Shown piece by piece: positions 50,369 to 63,285 of a DNA stretch of 64,000 nucleotides. The stretch is taken from contig NMRA01000012.1 in NCBI GenBank assembly GCA_002633005.1, positions 186,001-250,000 on the forward strand. Reading direction: 5' to 3'. Both the position numbers and the translations under genes were made by a program. The stretch's first letter is position 1, and the number at the start of each line of letters is the position of its first letter. Below the pieces are notes generated by a model. That model searched no databases, was not told where the DNA came from, and was given only the letters and a program-made list of their open reading frames with translations. Source of the DNA: Phoronis australis (Eukaryota; Animalia; Phoronida).

Positions 50369-53348
50369 ATAGTGTTGGTGGTATTTCGTCTTTGCGTAGT
50401 GCTGACGTAGACCTTGTGAATGTCCTACAGCCAACACGTTATACTGCTGTCATGAGAGTTGTAGACGTTTTCCAGATATCTCCAGAATTAGGAACATGAG
50501 TCTCGACACGAACTATTTCATTAAAACAAATTGCTTGAAAGTGACTAAGGCGCACTTAAGGCGCATTTATTCTCAGTTCACAACTACATTTCTCCGTTTA
50601 GCTGGATAAAATACGAAAATAGAAGCAGGCTGTTTACTATCATAGTCCTCAGGAGGCACACAACAGTTCTCACACGTCTTTGCCTATCAGAACACACGTC
50701 AATGGACTCTTCGCCCTTTCTCCACTCTGTCAAAAACTGCATTTCACATCACAAGCCTTATAGGTGAGCACAGAAACTTTATTCTCTCGTATTTTTGACC
50801 CTTTCACTCCCACTGAAAACCAGGCTAAACTAAGAAAAATAGGTGCTAAAAACGCAAAATCGTCACTTTTCATTCCAAAACCACCCCTTCCCTGCCGATG
50901 CTCGACTAAAGCCAACATTAGACTCCGAAAGCAAATTTCCTACCGACTCCAAAACTGTGTGGCAAATGTACTGTCAACCAACTGGTTTTTTGAAAATGTG
51001 GCTTGTTTGAGGGCTACCTGAAATCGCGGCCAATTTCTCAGTTGCTACCCAGCAATGCACAATTGCAACAGGGGGGCACCATCTTGAAGAAGAGTGCAGC
51101 TACAGCCGAGCAAGTGGTCTTTTTCATTCTCAACATGTTCACAAATACAAGCAAACCCCATTCACTTGGCCTATACACAACACCCAACTAGAAAATGCCC
51201 CCAAGCCTGGCCTACCCCTAGATTTTAATATTTTGGGAGTGCAGCTTAACTGTTCAGTGCGGCCTTACTGTGATAAGACCCCATTTGGGTTTCCACCTCA
51301 AGTCATTGGCAATAGATACATTTGCCATTTCCCAATTCGCAATTTTATGGTTGAAGCTTTTTGGAGTCCTTGATGGTTGGTAACTGAAATGGAATCCCGA
51401 TCACTGTGAGGTACGCTATGACAGCCATTTTTTTACAGTACAATATTTAATTCGATTTTGGAGTTTTTGCCAACTAAACAGGAGGGAAACGCAGCTTTAA
51501 ATATTCTCAGATACTTGACTTGCAGAATGTAGTGAAGAATCTTGTAAATGACATAAGTTTCATATTACCCTTAGACAAGCTACATGTACACAGTTTGCAA
51601 CACTTTCAGGCTGTTTACTTGAAGCTTGCCTAATTGAGATGGCTAAAAACTAAGATGGAATTAGGCCTAACCCTAAACAACTGAATGCATTTTAGACCAG
51701 ATGAAACGGAAAGTTTCCTATTGCCAAATCTGGAAAAACGAAAAAAGCAACTTTGGCAATTATTTGACCCTAATGAAACAGAATCGGAAGTGGACAGTGA
51801 CAAGGAAGCAACAGTGCATTTAGATAAACCAGCAACCTGACAGGAGACTGGTGAGAAACAAGAACCATAACAATACAACAGAGTAATAATAATGCCAGGT
51901 ACACACACCAGGGAATTTATCTATTAAATGTCATCATGACGGCAAAATGTCAACATTGTTAATGCCACTCTGTTTATTGATTATCTTTACTTAGATCAAG
52001 TTGGAAACTAATTGTTTACAACAAATCTCCTTAAAGACTGTGAGTGAGCTTCTTAAAAATTAACAGCAAATGTAACCTTAGCAAACCCATTTGGGGTGGT
52101 TATTGACAACAAAGCTGTTGTTGAACAAACCAAAATGGCACTAAGCCTAGGCTGCACACATGTACATATCCACTGTCTCCCATGGAGAAAACAGTTTTAG
52201 CAAACTTTTCAATTCTCGGAAAAGTTGGTTACCGGTATATGAAGCATGATGAAGACTTTGCAGTACAACCTGGCTTTATACAGAGTGTTATTTACAGGGA
52301 AACAAGACAGAACAGTCTGTACCCTGGTTGAAAACATCAACACCCACAATAGTAAATTTCATTGTGAAAACAAAACCAACAGATGTCACTTGCTATCCTC
52401 ACATTTCTGTATGTGTAAATGTGGTATAAGTAAGGAAATGTTGGAAATCTCATCCTAAGGATAATTCTACCAGATAGAACACTGTTTTTACTATTAAGAA
52501 AACATTGATAACAATACATGTACCACTATAAAAATTGTGCCCAGTTTTTATGGGTAAAAGTTTTGCTCAATTTTTAGGGTAAAAATTCTACAGTTTGGAG
52601 ACAGAATTTCTTTGATTTTGGAGTCTGGCAAATGGGCTATTTTGGCATTCATCTTATTTCTGAAATATCGGGACATTGGGCTTTGCACAAACGGTCCGAA
52701 ACATTCTCATAGTGTATGCCATCAAGGGGAATGACCATTTGTTATTGATCGTAATTCTTGAATTTGGGATGGCCAACATTGCCTATGTCTAAAATTTGGT
52801 ACAAGCTCCAGCCTTGAAACCCAAAATATTTTTTTACTTTCCCAAACTAGAGATTCTTTACCCTAATTGTATTTCCACAAAAACTGTAACACAGCAGAGA
52901 CAAACAAGATACATATCATCAAGTAAAACCTGTGACACAAAACATAAACAGATATTTACAAAGTTGGCCAAACAAAACAAGCAATTATTAGAAGAAAAGG
53001 CCATTAATAACCCAGTAGAAGGAGAGGCTGCAGGTCTATTCACACAAGTATAGGGTCTTGACCTATAGCTATTTCTGCCCACAATATTTAAATCAGCATT
53101 TATCAAATATATACGAAAAGAAAGTTGAACAAGACAATGAAAGTTCTCACTTAGTAACTCAACACAGCATGCAGGCTATACCAAAAAAGAAATATTCTTT
53201 TGGCAACTTTGCTGACTTTTCTTCAAAAATGTTAGTGAAATCAAGGTCTCCCTTTTCAACCAATAACAAACAAGGTCAAAGGTAATGTTTATAAGAAACT
53301 GTACCAGAGGCAGAACAATGAAGCTTGGCCATGCTAAAAACATTGCCT

Positions 53349-53432
53349 TTAATAGAAATCTTCTTCCTCCTCTGCAGTCTTGGATTTTACCTGGTTTTGG
53401 ATTTGATCTTGGTTTTTGTACATCTCAGCCAC
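53349..53432 (-). CDS. 3' exon of a minus-strand gene: VAEMYKNQDQIQNQVKSKTAEEEEDFY* if entered in phase 0, GG* if entered in phase 1
   Basis: attttgttgtag| acceptor; purine-rich exon-like sequence; internal cag|gtaaaa donor at 53390. Confidence 0.55.
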   Translation of the reverse strand: MAEMYKNQDQIQNQVKSKTAEEEEDFY

Positions 53433-55624
53433 CTACAACAAAATACCAAATATTGTTATGTCTCTTGGTGACCTGCAGTATAGTTATTTATTGAAGGATA
53501 CAAAAATATACCTAGAGTTCAAAAGAGTATGTATCAATGCTGCCAACTGACAACACTGTCCTGTATTCAACAAATTCTACACACTAAATATTGGACAAGA
53601 TGAAGATGGGTTTTACACCTTCCCCCACACCAACACATACAGTATGTTAAAATCCCTCCAGGTTCGAACAAAGTCTTTTAACACACAGCTGCGAATGCCA
53701 ACAATTTCTGAAAACATTTGCCTGATAATAGCTGAAGTATAGACAATCAATTCCTGTTACTTATTGTTAATAAAAAATGAAAAAACAATTTAATTTCACT
53801 AGTCTGCCTTATGCGTCTAAAATTAATGAGATTTTACCGCACAAACATAATCCACATGCAAATGAATTAGCCCTAAATACCTCACTTTCATTTACCTCTC
53901 AAATACTGCCCACAAAATCAATTAATTTATCTATGATCGTACCAATATCCGCAATAAAAGTATAGCACAGGAAATTACAAGACTCCTATGAGTGAGTGGA
54001 TGACACTCATCAATTTTAATTAATTTTAATCAATCTAATTTTAACAAATTCTAATTCTTATAATAACTTTTAGAAAACTTGCACTAGTCCCGTTTAGACA
54101 TCAACTTTTGGCCCGGCGCAACTGACACGGAGCAAATTGATCGGTGTCAAGCCTCCGTTTACACACACAACTCACTAACCGTGGCAAGATGGAAATTGCA
54201 GGCTGGAGACTGGATCCCACATGCGCAGGTTTACAAATGGCGAGAGTTGCAGAGACAGAGAACCCGTATATAGGTCACTGCACAAGCGCATGAGATGATA
54301 CTTTCTGCCTGTTTTAGTTTTTTGCAGCTGCCAAGGAAGGGGGAGGGCAGGCTCCCTCCAAATCCAGCTGTGATACCTTACGTTAATTTGGAATCGAAAC
54401 CAAACTCAATGAGCAATCAAACTCAATGAGCAATTAAACATTCCTAACAGCATTTTTGAGGTAAACTGAGTTTTCACTTAAAAAAGGTTTCATTAAAACT
54501 GACCAAGGGTTATTTAGCTATGAATGTAACTTTCTTTTGATTAAATGGTGGTACCCTAATAATAACAAAAAACACATACACAAAACATATTTTTATAATC
54601 CCCGATCTTTTTCTTTCAGAAAATATATACTTTCAATAGTAAACATAGCCTGTTGTTTGATATATGAGTGTAAGTATGGAGGTCATTAAATAAGGTTTGA
54701 GACAACCTTAACAAGTGAATATTTGTGACATTGATCCAATTCAAACAAGCAAGTTCACCAGTGAGTCAAAGTAATCCCGCAGTCAAGAAAGGAGTTTGAC
54801 CAACGGACACCCTCCTCTCCGATGGTCATTAATCACACAGTGGAAATCAATAGACTAACAGAGCACAGGCTAGAATAATTGGTGTTTGTAATTTGAATTA
54901 TTGACAGTCTGTCGAAATTACTGGACGCTTGATGACTGTGGGTAACAATTGACAGAGGTATAGTTCACACAAATCCCCAAGCTTATACATGGTTTTCAAG
55001 TTTGTTATAACATAATGATGTCAAGCATCAGAAGGTGTCTTGAATAAAAACCAGAGCAACAGGAAGCATTGAAATGCACCTGCGACTGCACTGCATGTTT
55101 GTAAAAATAGCCACTGTGTGGCGAAAAAAAGGTCAATCCTGTCTGAAAATTGGAAGATATCGTGGCTCCCCTCATTGAAACTATTTGCCACATTTCATGA
55201 AAATCTGTTGAGGAACTTAAACACAGAGGCAAACATAAAAAATCACATTCCACTAGGAGGCAGAGCTGTAATTGGATCTGCTCATTTGTTGTCAAGCTAA
55301 TGGAAATATACTTGTCAAATTTCACATAGGTCCTGTACCAGGTTTAGGAGTCACAGATGCAAAAAAATGTCACTAGGATGCACGTCAGTAGTTGAACTCA
55401 TCAGAAAATCAATTTCAGAAATAATCTCGTCAATGAGAAAAAATCTGCAAATTTCCATGATTCTCTGAGTGGCAGAGACAGGCAACAAAAACAAGACTCG
55501 AAAATACAATTACCATCTATTGTCAGCTCAAAATTTCACAAACTTCCTTCACTTCAAAGGATTAAGGAGATTCGGTCTCAGATGTAAGAAAAAACAAAAC
55601 AATGAAAGCGCTCCGAGGAGCGAA

Positions 55625-55935
55625 ACTTGGCGAAATTAACCAAAAAGATGACGATAAAGATGATGACGAAGATGACGAATATGACGACGATGGTGGTCGA
55701 GGATGAACAAAAGAAGTAATAATAACATACACATGACGAACGTAGAAGTCCGAAATCAGTAAGAAAAAGGCTACAGTCTTGAGCGACACTTGGCGAAATT
55801 AACGGAAAAGACGACGACGGAGATGATGATGAAGATGATGACAAATATGATGATGGTGGTGGTGATGATGAACAACATCACAACATTCATATGACGAACT
55901 TAGATGTCATAAATCAATAAGAAATAGGTTACAGT
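55625..55935. repeat. Two diverged tandem units of about 163 bp, each starting ACTTGGCGAAATTAAC and carrying GAT/GAC microsatellite
   Basis: units start at 55625 and 55788. Confidence 0.8.
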
Positions 55936-55969
55936 CTAGTTCAATAGAAGATAAACCAACATCAATGCA

Positions 55970-56765
55970 GCAAGAGCGCTCAACAAAGGAACAGCGTCCT
56001 AGCGAAAAATGGAAAACATCTTCAAAATTCTATCTAAACTGATGGTATCGCCTAATTCCGTAAATTTTTCGAAAAAAAATAAATTTTGCGTTTTTTATTA
56101 AGAAATTCAAAGTCAAATAACTCGAAAACGGTAAGTCTGAGAAAAAAATTGTTACAGGCCATTTGAAAGAATATACTTCAAAGAATCCACATGCAAAAAA
56201 TCACGTCTTTTTCTCCTCCCGTTTAAAATCGCACTCCAGCACGACTGAAAATGGGTCAACATGCGCCAGATCCGCCATACTGAAAGCAACTTCCGGTTTT
56301 TTGGCATTGTATAATAGCATGTCATAAGAAACTAATACCTGTAAAAATTCGAAGGAATTGGTCTTATAATGCGCCCTCTACAAGAGAAAACATTTTTAGG
56401 CCAAAATCGAGGTGCGCATGCGTGATCGCCGATATTTCCGCCATCTTTAACCAGAAGTAAACAATTTCCGGTATACTTATAGCAAACTTCCGGTCCTTTT
56501 ACTGTGCCGATTCTTAGACGTTTAAGTAAAAAATTGTAGCCTCCAGAAGCATTTGAACCTTTAAATGAAAACAAAATGGCCGCCACAGCCGCCATCTTGG
56601 ATCCGATTTTGACGAAAAACAATAGGCTTCCAGTACTTCCGGAACTACGTGTTATGTGTAAATTTCGTGATGATCGGACGAAAATTGCGACCTGTATCGT
56701 GCGAACAAACAAAAAAAAACTTAGTGGAAGAGCAACATACTTGGCGAAATTTATTTCGCCAAGTA
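55970..56765. mobile_element. Non-autonomous Helentron/HINE-like element
   Basis: starts CAAGAG; ends in a perfect palindrome with 13-bp arms, TACTTGGCGAAAT-TT-ATTTCGCCAAGTA, followed by an A-run; AAAATGGCCGCC and CCGCCATCTT motifs. Confidence 0.6.
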
Positions 56766-57375
56766 AAAAGTCACCACTGGGGTAGGACACAGTAGTCGGA
56801 CGCGTCAGAAAATCAACGTCAAATGTGGTCTTAACATCAGAAACACATCTGCAACTTTTCATAATGATCCTTTGAGCAGTTTGGCACATAGAGAGGTTTA
56901 CGCCAGGAAAATGGATTAAACATAAAAAGTGGCCACAATGTGACGTAAAACATGTTGAATCCATCCGCAAAAATATGATGGCATCCCCGTCTCCTTAACA
57001 GAAACCTATTTGCCAAATTTCATGAAATTCCTTCACGGCAGAGCGAAGATACAGAGGGAAATGAAAAAATATAGAATTGCCTCTAGGCAGCACAGTGGTA
57101 GTCAAATGAGTCTGAAATTCATTGACATTTATCATCAGCTTTATGGGAACACATCTGCCAAATCTCAGTAACATCCTGAAAAGGGTTTAAGAGATGCAGC
57201 AGCAGACCCGGACGCCGACAGAGATAACGTAATTTATTCACCCACCAACATATGTTTATAAGTGTGCACATAAAACTTCAAATCACATATATATGGTGTT
57301 GTAACCATGTCAACAAAAACAACAGGCACCCTGGCAAAATAAGCCTTCACACGTCATTGCATTAATTTTATCTAC

Positions 57376-57405
57376 CTGGGCAGGTGGAATAATAACCCAG
57401 GTTAA
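57376..57405 (-). CDS. Candidate 30-nt micro-exon (NLGYYSTCP in phase 1, LTWVIIPPAQ in phase 0)
   Basis: ttttgctccattttag| acceptor and cag|gtagat donor. Confidence 0.5.
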
Positions 57406-57684
57406 CTAAAATGGAGCAAAACACTAATTTTGAAGCATCACTGGGGGACGCATAAGGAGTCACACAATGAAAATCAATGGTTTCATGGCCCCTCCCTAGC
57501 AAAATACATTATCAACTNAGTGTTCAAGTATTACATTTTGAAGTTAATCGATGACCCGTTACAATAATTTGTTACTGGTATCATAATTCACATTGCTAAA
57601 CCGCGGTCTCTGAGGCCGTCGTTGCACTCAATGTTATCATCGATCTTAATCTAAAAGGTCGGGGATTCGCGTTTCCTATTAGCA

Positions 57685-57872
57685 CAGGGCGGTAATCACC
57701 AATCGTCAAAAGTAGGGGATGGGCGGTTAACCGAGCAGTGGGCGGTTAATTGGAAATCTTCAAAAATAGCAGGGGGCGGTTAACCGAGCAGTGGGCGGTT
57801 AAATCGAAATTCACCTAAAGTAGGGGGTGGGCGGTTAACTGAGCATGGGCGTTAACCCGAACGATTACGGTA
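57685..57872. mobile_element. One end of a second copy of the 50207-50368 MITE family
   Basis: gggcggttaa arrays ending ggcgttaacccgaacgattacggta. Confidence 0.85.
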
Positions 57873-58063
57873 AGTTGATTAGGTACATTTTGAATCCAGC
57901 AAAACATGACAGTTCTGGTGTGAACATATCTACAAGAGTGCTGTGTGTATTTGTTATCAGTACATTCACCGATACATAAGTGACGTCAAACTATATTCGA
58001 TAATAGAGCGATTAACTATATTTACGGCACAAATTTCTGCAGTGGAAAATATATATTTCGCTT

Positions 58064-58290
58064 AAGGTTGGAGCTTGTACCAAATTTGAGAAATTCGTAA
58101 TACTGGCCACCTCAAATTCTAGAACTGGCACCAGATATTAAATGATGTGATTATTTTCAGACTGTTGTGTAAAAATATACACTGATCTACCATTTCAAAT
58201 ATGATGCATGCAAAATTGTCCATGTCCCAAACATCAGAATTGTGAAAACTCAATTTCATTGTAATTTCGATGTTCCAAGTTTTAGAGACT
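58064..58290 (+). repeat. Diverged dispersed repeat; second copy at about 63523-63830
   Basis: shared aaggttggagcttgtaccaaattt.agaaa and tattttcagact blocks in the same order. Confidence 0.65.
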
Positions 58291-59908
58291 GTCCCAATCT
58301 GAAGAATCATTATGGGTATTAGCTGGATCAAACGGATATTAGCTGGATCAAACCTGATTTGCTTGGAGCAAAGAGTTAAAGATATTAAGATTGTAGAGGA
58401 TTTAAGCAACAAGTCTCTGCATTCAGAAATACAAAATTTAACTCAAGAGAAGTTGATTTCATGAAAACGCAATTTGTTTTATGAAAATTTCCTTTTTTCA
58501 TAAAAATCATAAAAGTCCCATTTCGATTGCACCTGTGCAAATTGGATCAATTAAAGACATTTCCCACAGGGTTTTGGAAAACAGCGCATAAAACAGAGTA
58601 TCTGATAGTTTCATATACATCTGATCGGCCATTTCTGAAAGGTGCTGTTCCAAAGTTAACCAAATCATGATATTTTGGTACTGTTCTAGAGAGCCTAATT
58701 GCATGCTTCTAACTACGCTTATGTATAGCTGGAACTAAAGGACTATGCTAATTTAACATAAAGTACGCTAAAAGAAGTGCATTTGTATTCACTGATAAGT
58801 TTCAAATGTGGAAACAAAAAATTCTATAAATAGGTGACCTTTGCACTAATGATGCACCTCGCGGGCAGACATAGCCTGCATCATGCAATGTTATTACCCA
58901 CCACCACGTCACGATACCTACAGGACACACTTCAGTGATTTGCGGCGGACCATTTTCGCCACAAAAATCGTTCTTAAAAACATTTGTTAATGTTCAATCT
59001 GCTCCATATTCAAATAGTCGCTATATGTTGTGTTTCTAACTTGGCCGAGCAATCACAGAGATAAGAATTTAGCCTGCAAGTTTCACTTTAAGGTCAGTTT
59101 TGGTGAATTCAGCCAATCCTCGTTAAGTCCCCTGAAAATTCAAAATTAGTCTTACACTTCCATGCTAAAAGCATCATTCAACTGAACTAACATGGCTCCT
59201 GTGGCTCTTGGTAGGTGGTCATTTGTGCAACTTTCTTATGTTGTTTTTCCGCCAATACCGCGACTCCGTTTTTTGAGGGGTTCCGCTTTAGGGGGAAGTG
59301 TAACTCTTGGACTTAACTAGCCATCGCAACTTAGTCTCAAAATAGGTGCATCAAAATACGAGTTGTGAAACTCTGCTTCGGTGTGAAACATAAACTTTGG
59401 CTGAAGTAATCACTAGAGGTCACGAAGATCAATCACGCAAAACTCAACAAAGCATTCATATTTCTATGTCTTTCCTTACTTACTATCACTTGTCACATAT
59501 AAAGGAATAATAGAAATCTGACACACTGATCAGTCCGATGGCAGATGTTTATTTATCTTAAATTCTTTAATTTAAGAGCAAGATTCAAATATGTCACCTG
59601 GTGTTTGATTCAGAGAACTAAGGGTAAATCCGATGTCGCTAGTCCTTGGGAAAGATAAGTGGAGTTGCGACAGACCAGAGTTCCTCATTGGTGTCTAGGT
59701 GGGAAGCGACAATAATGCCAAGCTTGCCAGTTCAGCACTTTGTAAAAAGTTTTCAAATTTGTTCCTAACTTTTGAGGGTTGATGAGGGTTACAGGCCGTT
59801 ATTTCATTTTTGTGAGTTGGATGAGAACGACATGAAATTCTTTTGCTAATGGGCCAAAACGGACAGGAGCATCCGCTAAAGCTCAACATATATAACTACC
59901 AGACTCAC

Positions 59909-59928
59909 TGGCGATAAAAAAATCCCGA
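59909..59928 (-). CDS. Candidate 20-nt micro-exon (RDFFIA if entered in phase 2)
   Basis: ctaattgtttacag| acceptor with a branch-like ctaat, and |gtgagt donor. Confidence 0.45.
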
Positions 59929-60606
59929 CTGTAAACAATTAGTTTGCCTATAGTACAGTTGCCTTTAAAAACAGACGAAACAGGAACTTCATATTAGCTA
60001 ACAGAAGCGACGCGTACTGTGCAACATCTTTTTTTCTAAATCAGAGTTGTACACCAAGACCAAAACTCACAATATTGTAATTACAAAACTTTCCACACAG
60101 CATTTGTAAAAATCCTTAATTTATGCACGACAAAGCGAACTCGTATAGTTAAAGTTTAGCCATCAGTGCCATTTCCTGTGAATATTGGCAGAAATTGTAT
60201 TTCACTCATTAAGTATGTTTATTTGAACAATTACACTCCCCCCACACTACACCCCTTTTTCTCTCATTTGGACTGGTCCGTAATTTATTATGTGCAGGGC
60301 TACAGTTGTTACCAGCCTCCTTATTGGCTTATCAACCACTGGCCTTGAGTCAACTCAGCTCTCATAGGCTGATGATTGTCATGCCCCGTGTTTCACTGCA
60401 TAATTCATTGATCCTGCAACATGGACGTGGAATTTCTCAGATTTCTCCCCCCCCACTCCACCCTTTATCAACGGCCTTCTCTTCCTCTTTTATCAAGGGT
60501 TTTCTCGTTTCTCAGTGTTGCAGTTTATTATAGACCATCTTTCCAGAGATAATATTATTTTACTACCACTAACTATTCTCTTGCATTGTTTTTACCACTA
60601 GTCTNT

Positions 60607-61212
60607 ATTCATGAACTATGTGGTTTGTTGACTCAATTAAAACCATGTCAAATTATTCATGAACTATGTGGTTTGTTGACTCAATTAAAACCATGTCAAA
60701 TTATTCATGAACTATGTGGTTTGTTGACTCAATTAAAACCATGTCAAATTATTCATGAACTATGTGGTTTGTTGACTCAATTAAAACCATGTCAAATTAT
60801 TCATGAACTATGTGGTTTGTTGACTCAATTAAAACCATGTCAAATTATTCATGAACTATGTGGTTTGTTGACTCAATTAAAACCATGTCAAATTATTCAT
60901 GAACTATGTGGTTTGTTGACTCAATTAAAACCATGTCAAATTATTCATGAACTATGTGGTTTGTTGACTCAATTAAAACCATGTCAAATTATTCATGAAC
61001 TATGTGGTTTGTTGACTCAATTAAAACCATGTCAAATTATTCATGAACTATGTGGTTTGTTGACTCAATTAAAACCATGTCAAATTATTCATGAACTATG
61101 TGGTTTGTTGACTCAATTAAAACCATGTCAAATTATTCATGAACTATGTGGTTTGTTGACTCAATTAAAACCATGTCAAATTATTCATGAACTATGTGGT
61201 TTGTTGACTCAC
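60607..61212. repeat. 48-bp minisatellite, about 12.6 near-identical copies
   Basis: unit attcatgaactatgtggtttgttgactcaattaaaaccatgtcaaatt; abuts the N at 60605. Confidence 0.97.
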
Positions 61213-61297
61213 TTAAAATCCCGAATCGTTACATATATCATAAAACCACTGGTTTTGGCGCAAGCATTGTGCTGCATTGGCCATGTAGTATCGTTGT
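61213..61297 (-). CDS. Candidate 85-nt exon (NDTTWPMQHNACAKTSGFMIYVTIRDF)
   Basis: ttaccccattggcag| acceptor and |gtgagt donor; only the phase 1-2 frame is open. Confidence 0.45.
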
Positions 61298-62392
61298 CTG
61301 CCAATGGGGTAACAAAACTTTACAGTATTCATGAAGAGGTTTTGAATGGACCAAAATTAAACACATAATCCATCAAATTCCGCAATTCTGACCACAGATC
61401 GATTGACGACCATTTTACAACATACATATTCAAGTAGTTGATCTTTCTTTTAGAAGGTGATGAAGTTCTTTTACAGGTTTTGAGAAACAAATAAATAAAC
61501 ATGGCATGCACCAACGTATCAGATAATGGAGCTGCCGCACAATTCAGAAAAAAGTAAGACAAAGTACCAGTCATTTTTATGTCATTTATTGCTTTGAAAT
61601 GGTAAATAAGGATTTCCTAATTTAAAAAAAGGAAAAACACATTTCATATTCGCTAAAACAGATATGTGTCTGTTTTCGAAAACAGAAAATCAGGGTACCT
61701 ACATGCAGTGTACCCTCATTTGTTACAGGATTTCATCTAAACACTGTTATTTCCATGAATGTGGTAGAACTGTCATTTATTAGTGATGACGGAAGTGAGG
61801 TTACAAGACATATCATACATAACAGCAAAAATGAAACACCACATTCGTTTTTGCAGGGAATGCCTGTAGTAGCTACCAGCACAAAAATAGGTGAATTTAT
61901 GCAGAAACAAGACGAACGTGATTTCAAATGCCAAAATCAAATCAGTACAGAGATATCAATTCATATAGACTCAATTTGTATAAATAGTTTGTCGCTGATT
62001 AAAACTGTCATATGCGGGAGAGCCAAGTAAACAGTTAAAAATTAGCACTAATGGTAATCCCTGGATACACACCAGACAGACTATTTAGTTATTATTCTGA
62101 CCACAAAATGGCCAATCCATTGTGGCATTTAATTAATTCCCCAGGGTTTAATGATCACGTAATTAACATAATCAAGAAGAACATGATGAAGAGCCAGTCA
62201 CAGCACAAAAAGTTCAAGGTGATATTCAGTTATTAAAGCACGTGCTTTTGTTTTGAGAATACCCCATAACAAAGAATAGACAACTGAATTCCCACTTGTT
62301 TTGCACATGGCAGAGACATGTCAGATAAACAAGGGTGATGGTAACTTGATACTTCTACCAATGCCTCGTAAGACAGCACGGAACATCCTGAC

Positions 62393-62449
62393 ATCTACTG
62401 GGGACTCGCCAAAGCTTGTAATAAGATGCATTATGCTGGTTTCGGCTCA
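62393..62449 (-). CDS. Candidate exon (SRNQHNASYYKLWRVPSR); donor position uncertain
   Basis: strong acceptor tctcttctctcatacaacttgcag|; only phase-1 entry is open; |gtcagg donor. Confidence 0.4.
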
Positions 62450-63285
62450 CTGCAAGTTGTATGAGAGAAGAGACAGGTTGCTACTGGTACAAAACTAACA
62501 CACAGTTGCTCAACGTAGCTGGAATATCCTGCAGCAATTTTAACATCAAGTAACATTTCAAGGTTAACGCCATCTGACCACAGTTCATTACATTTTCCTC
62601 TCTTGCGCGTTTCATCTAACTCCCCCCGTAAAATCAAGAAGGGGTATTACTGTGGCGTTAAAAATGAAAGTTGTGTTATTTATAATTAAATGAAAGTTGT
62701 ACTTTTTATAATTTTTCAAAACTCAGAAAACTGCTCATACTGTCATGGTAAAATTTCACCCATTTCTGACAAAAATAATAGCAAAAAATACCCAGAACGC
62801 CACAATTGTTTAAAACATTGTCAGACAGCTATGTTGTCACAGAATTTGAATATGTGGTGCAACATATTTTTACAAAAAAATGAGAAAGTAAAACATTTCA
62901 CTTTGTCCACCATCATATGTCATGAAATGGTGAGACTTTACAGTGTATACAGTTTAGTGCACGTAAACCGTTCTCAATCAAAACAGCAATATAGGAGACG
63001 GAGCAGTTTACAAAAACAGTTTTGTGTGCGTCATACCATTGATTTTTATCTCTGTGTAATTTGTGAATGAACTATTGATCGACGGAGGCTCCTGTAGCAA
63101 AAGCTGCTATCATTTATTTCGACTTAAATCAATTGTCTACCTCGTGGAGATACAAAACCAGCTAATTTTGAAAAACTACTCTCGACTTTTGCCAATAAAC
63201 AAATGAATAAAAATAAGAAAACATTACGGTAGGTAAAATTAAGACAAGAAAGATTATGTTTAAAACATGATGTAAACTTTTTTAC

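Noticed and set aside
51265-51310. SECIS-like ATGA...AAA hairpin on the minus strand
   Set aside because: Poor stem pairing and no 3' GA to complete the quartet
55562-55844. Ser-rich ORFs
   Set aside because: Translations of GAT/GAC microsatellite
56332-56970. 212-aa minus-strand ORF
   Set aside because: Lies largely inside the non-coding HINE-like repeat, has a non-ATG start and shows no recognisable domain
59484-59517. Minus-strand 34-nt segment before a gtaagt donor
   Set aside because: Weak acceptor, and it introduces a stop in the chained frame; at most an alternative or poison exon
60586-61368. 260-aa ORF of IIHELCGLLTQLKPCQ repeats, or a CRISPR-like array
   Set aside because: A stop-free frame of a 48-bp tandem repeat that spans an N; there are no unique spacers and no cas genes, and the context is eukaryotic
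61729-61890. Plus-strand exon-like segment (ttacag|...|gtgaat) within ORF 61755-62030
   Set aside because: No compatible neighbouring + strand exons or recognisable motif were found; not fully excluded
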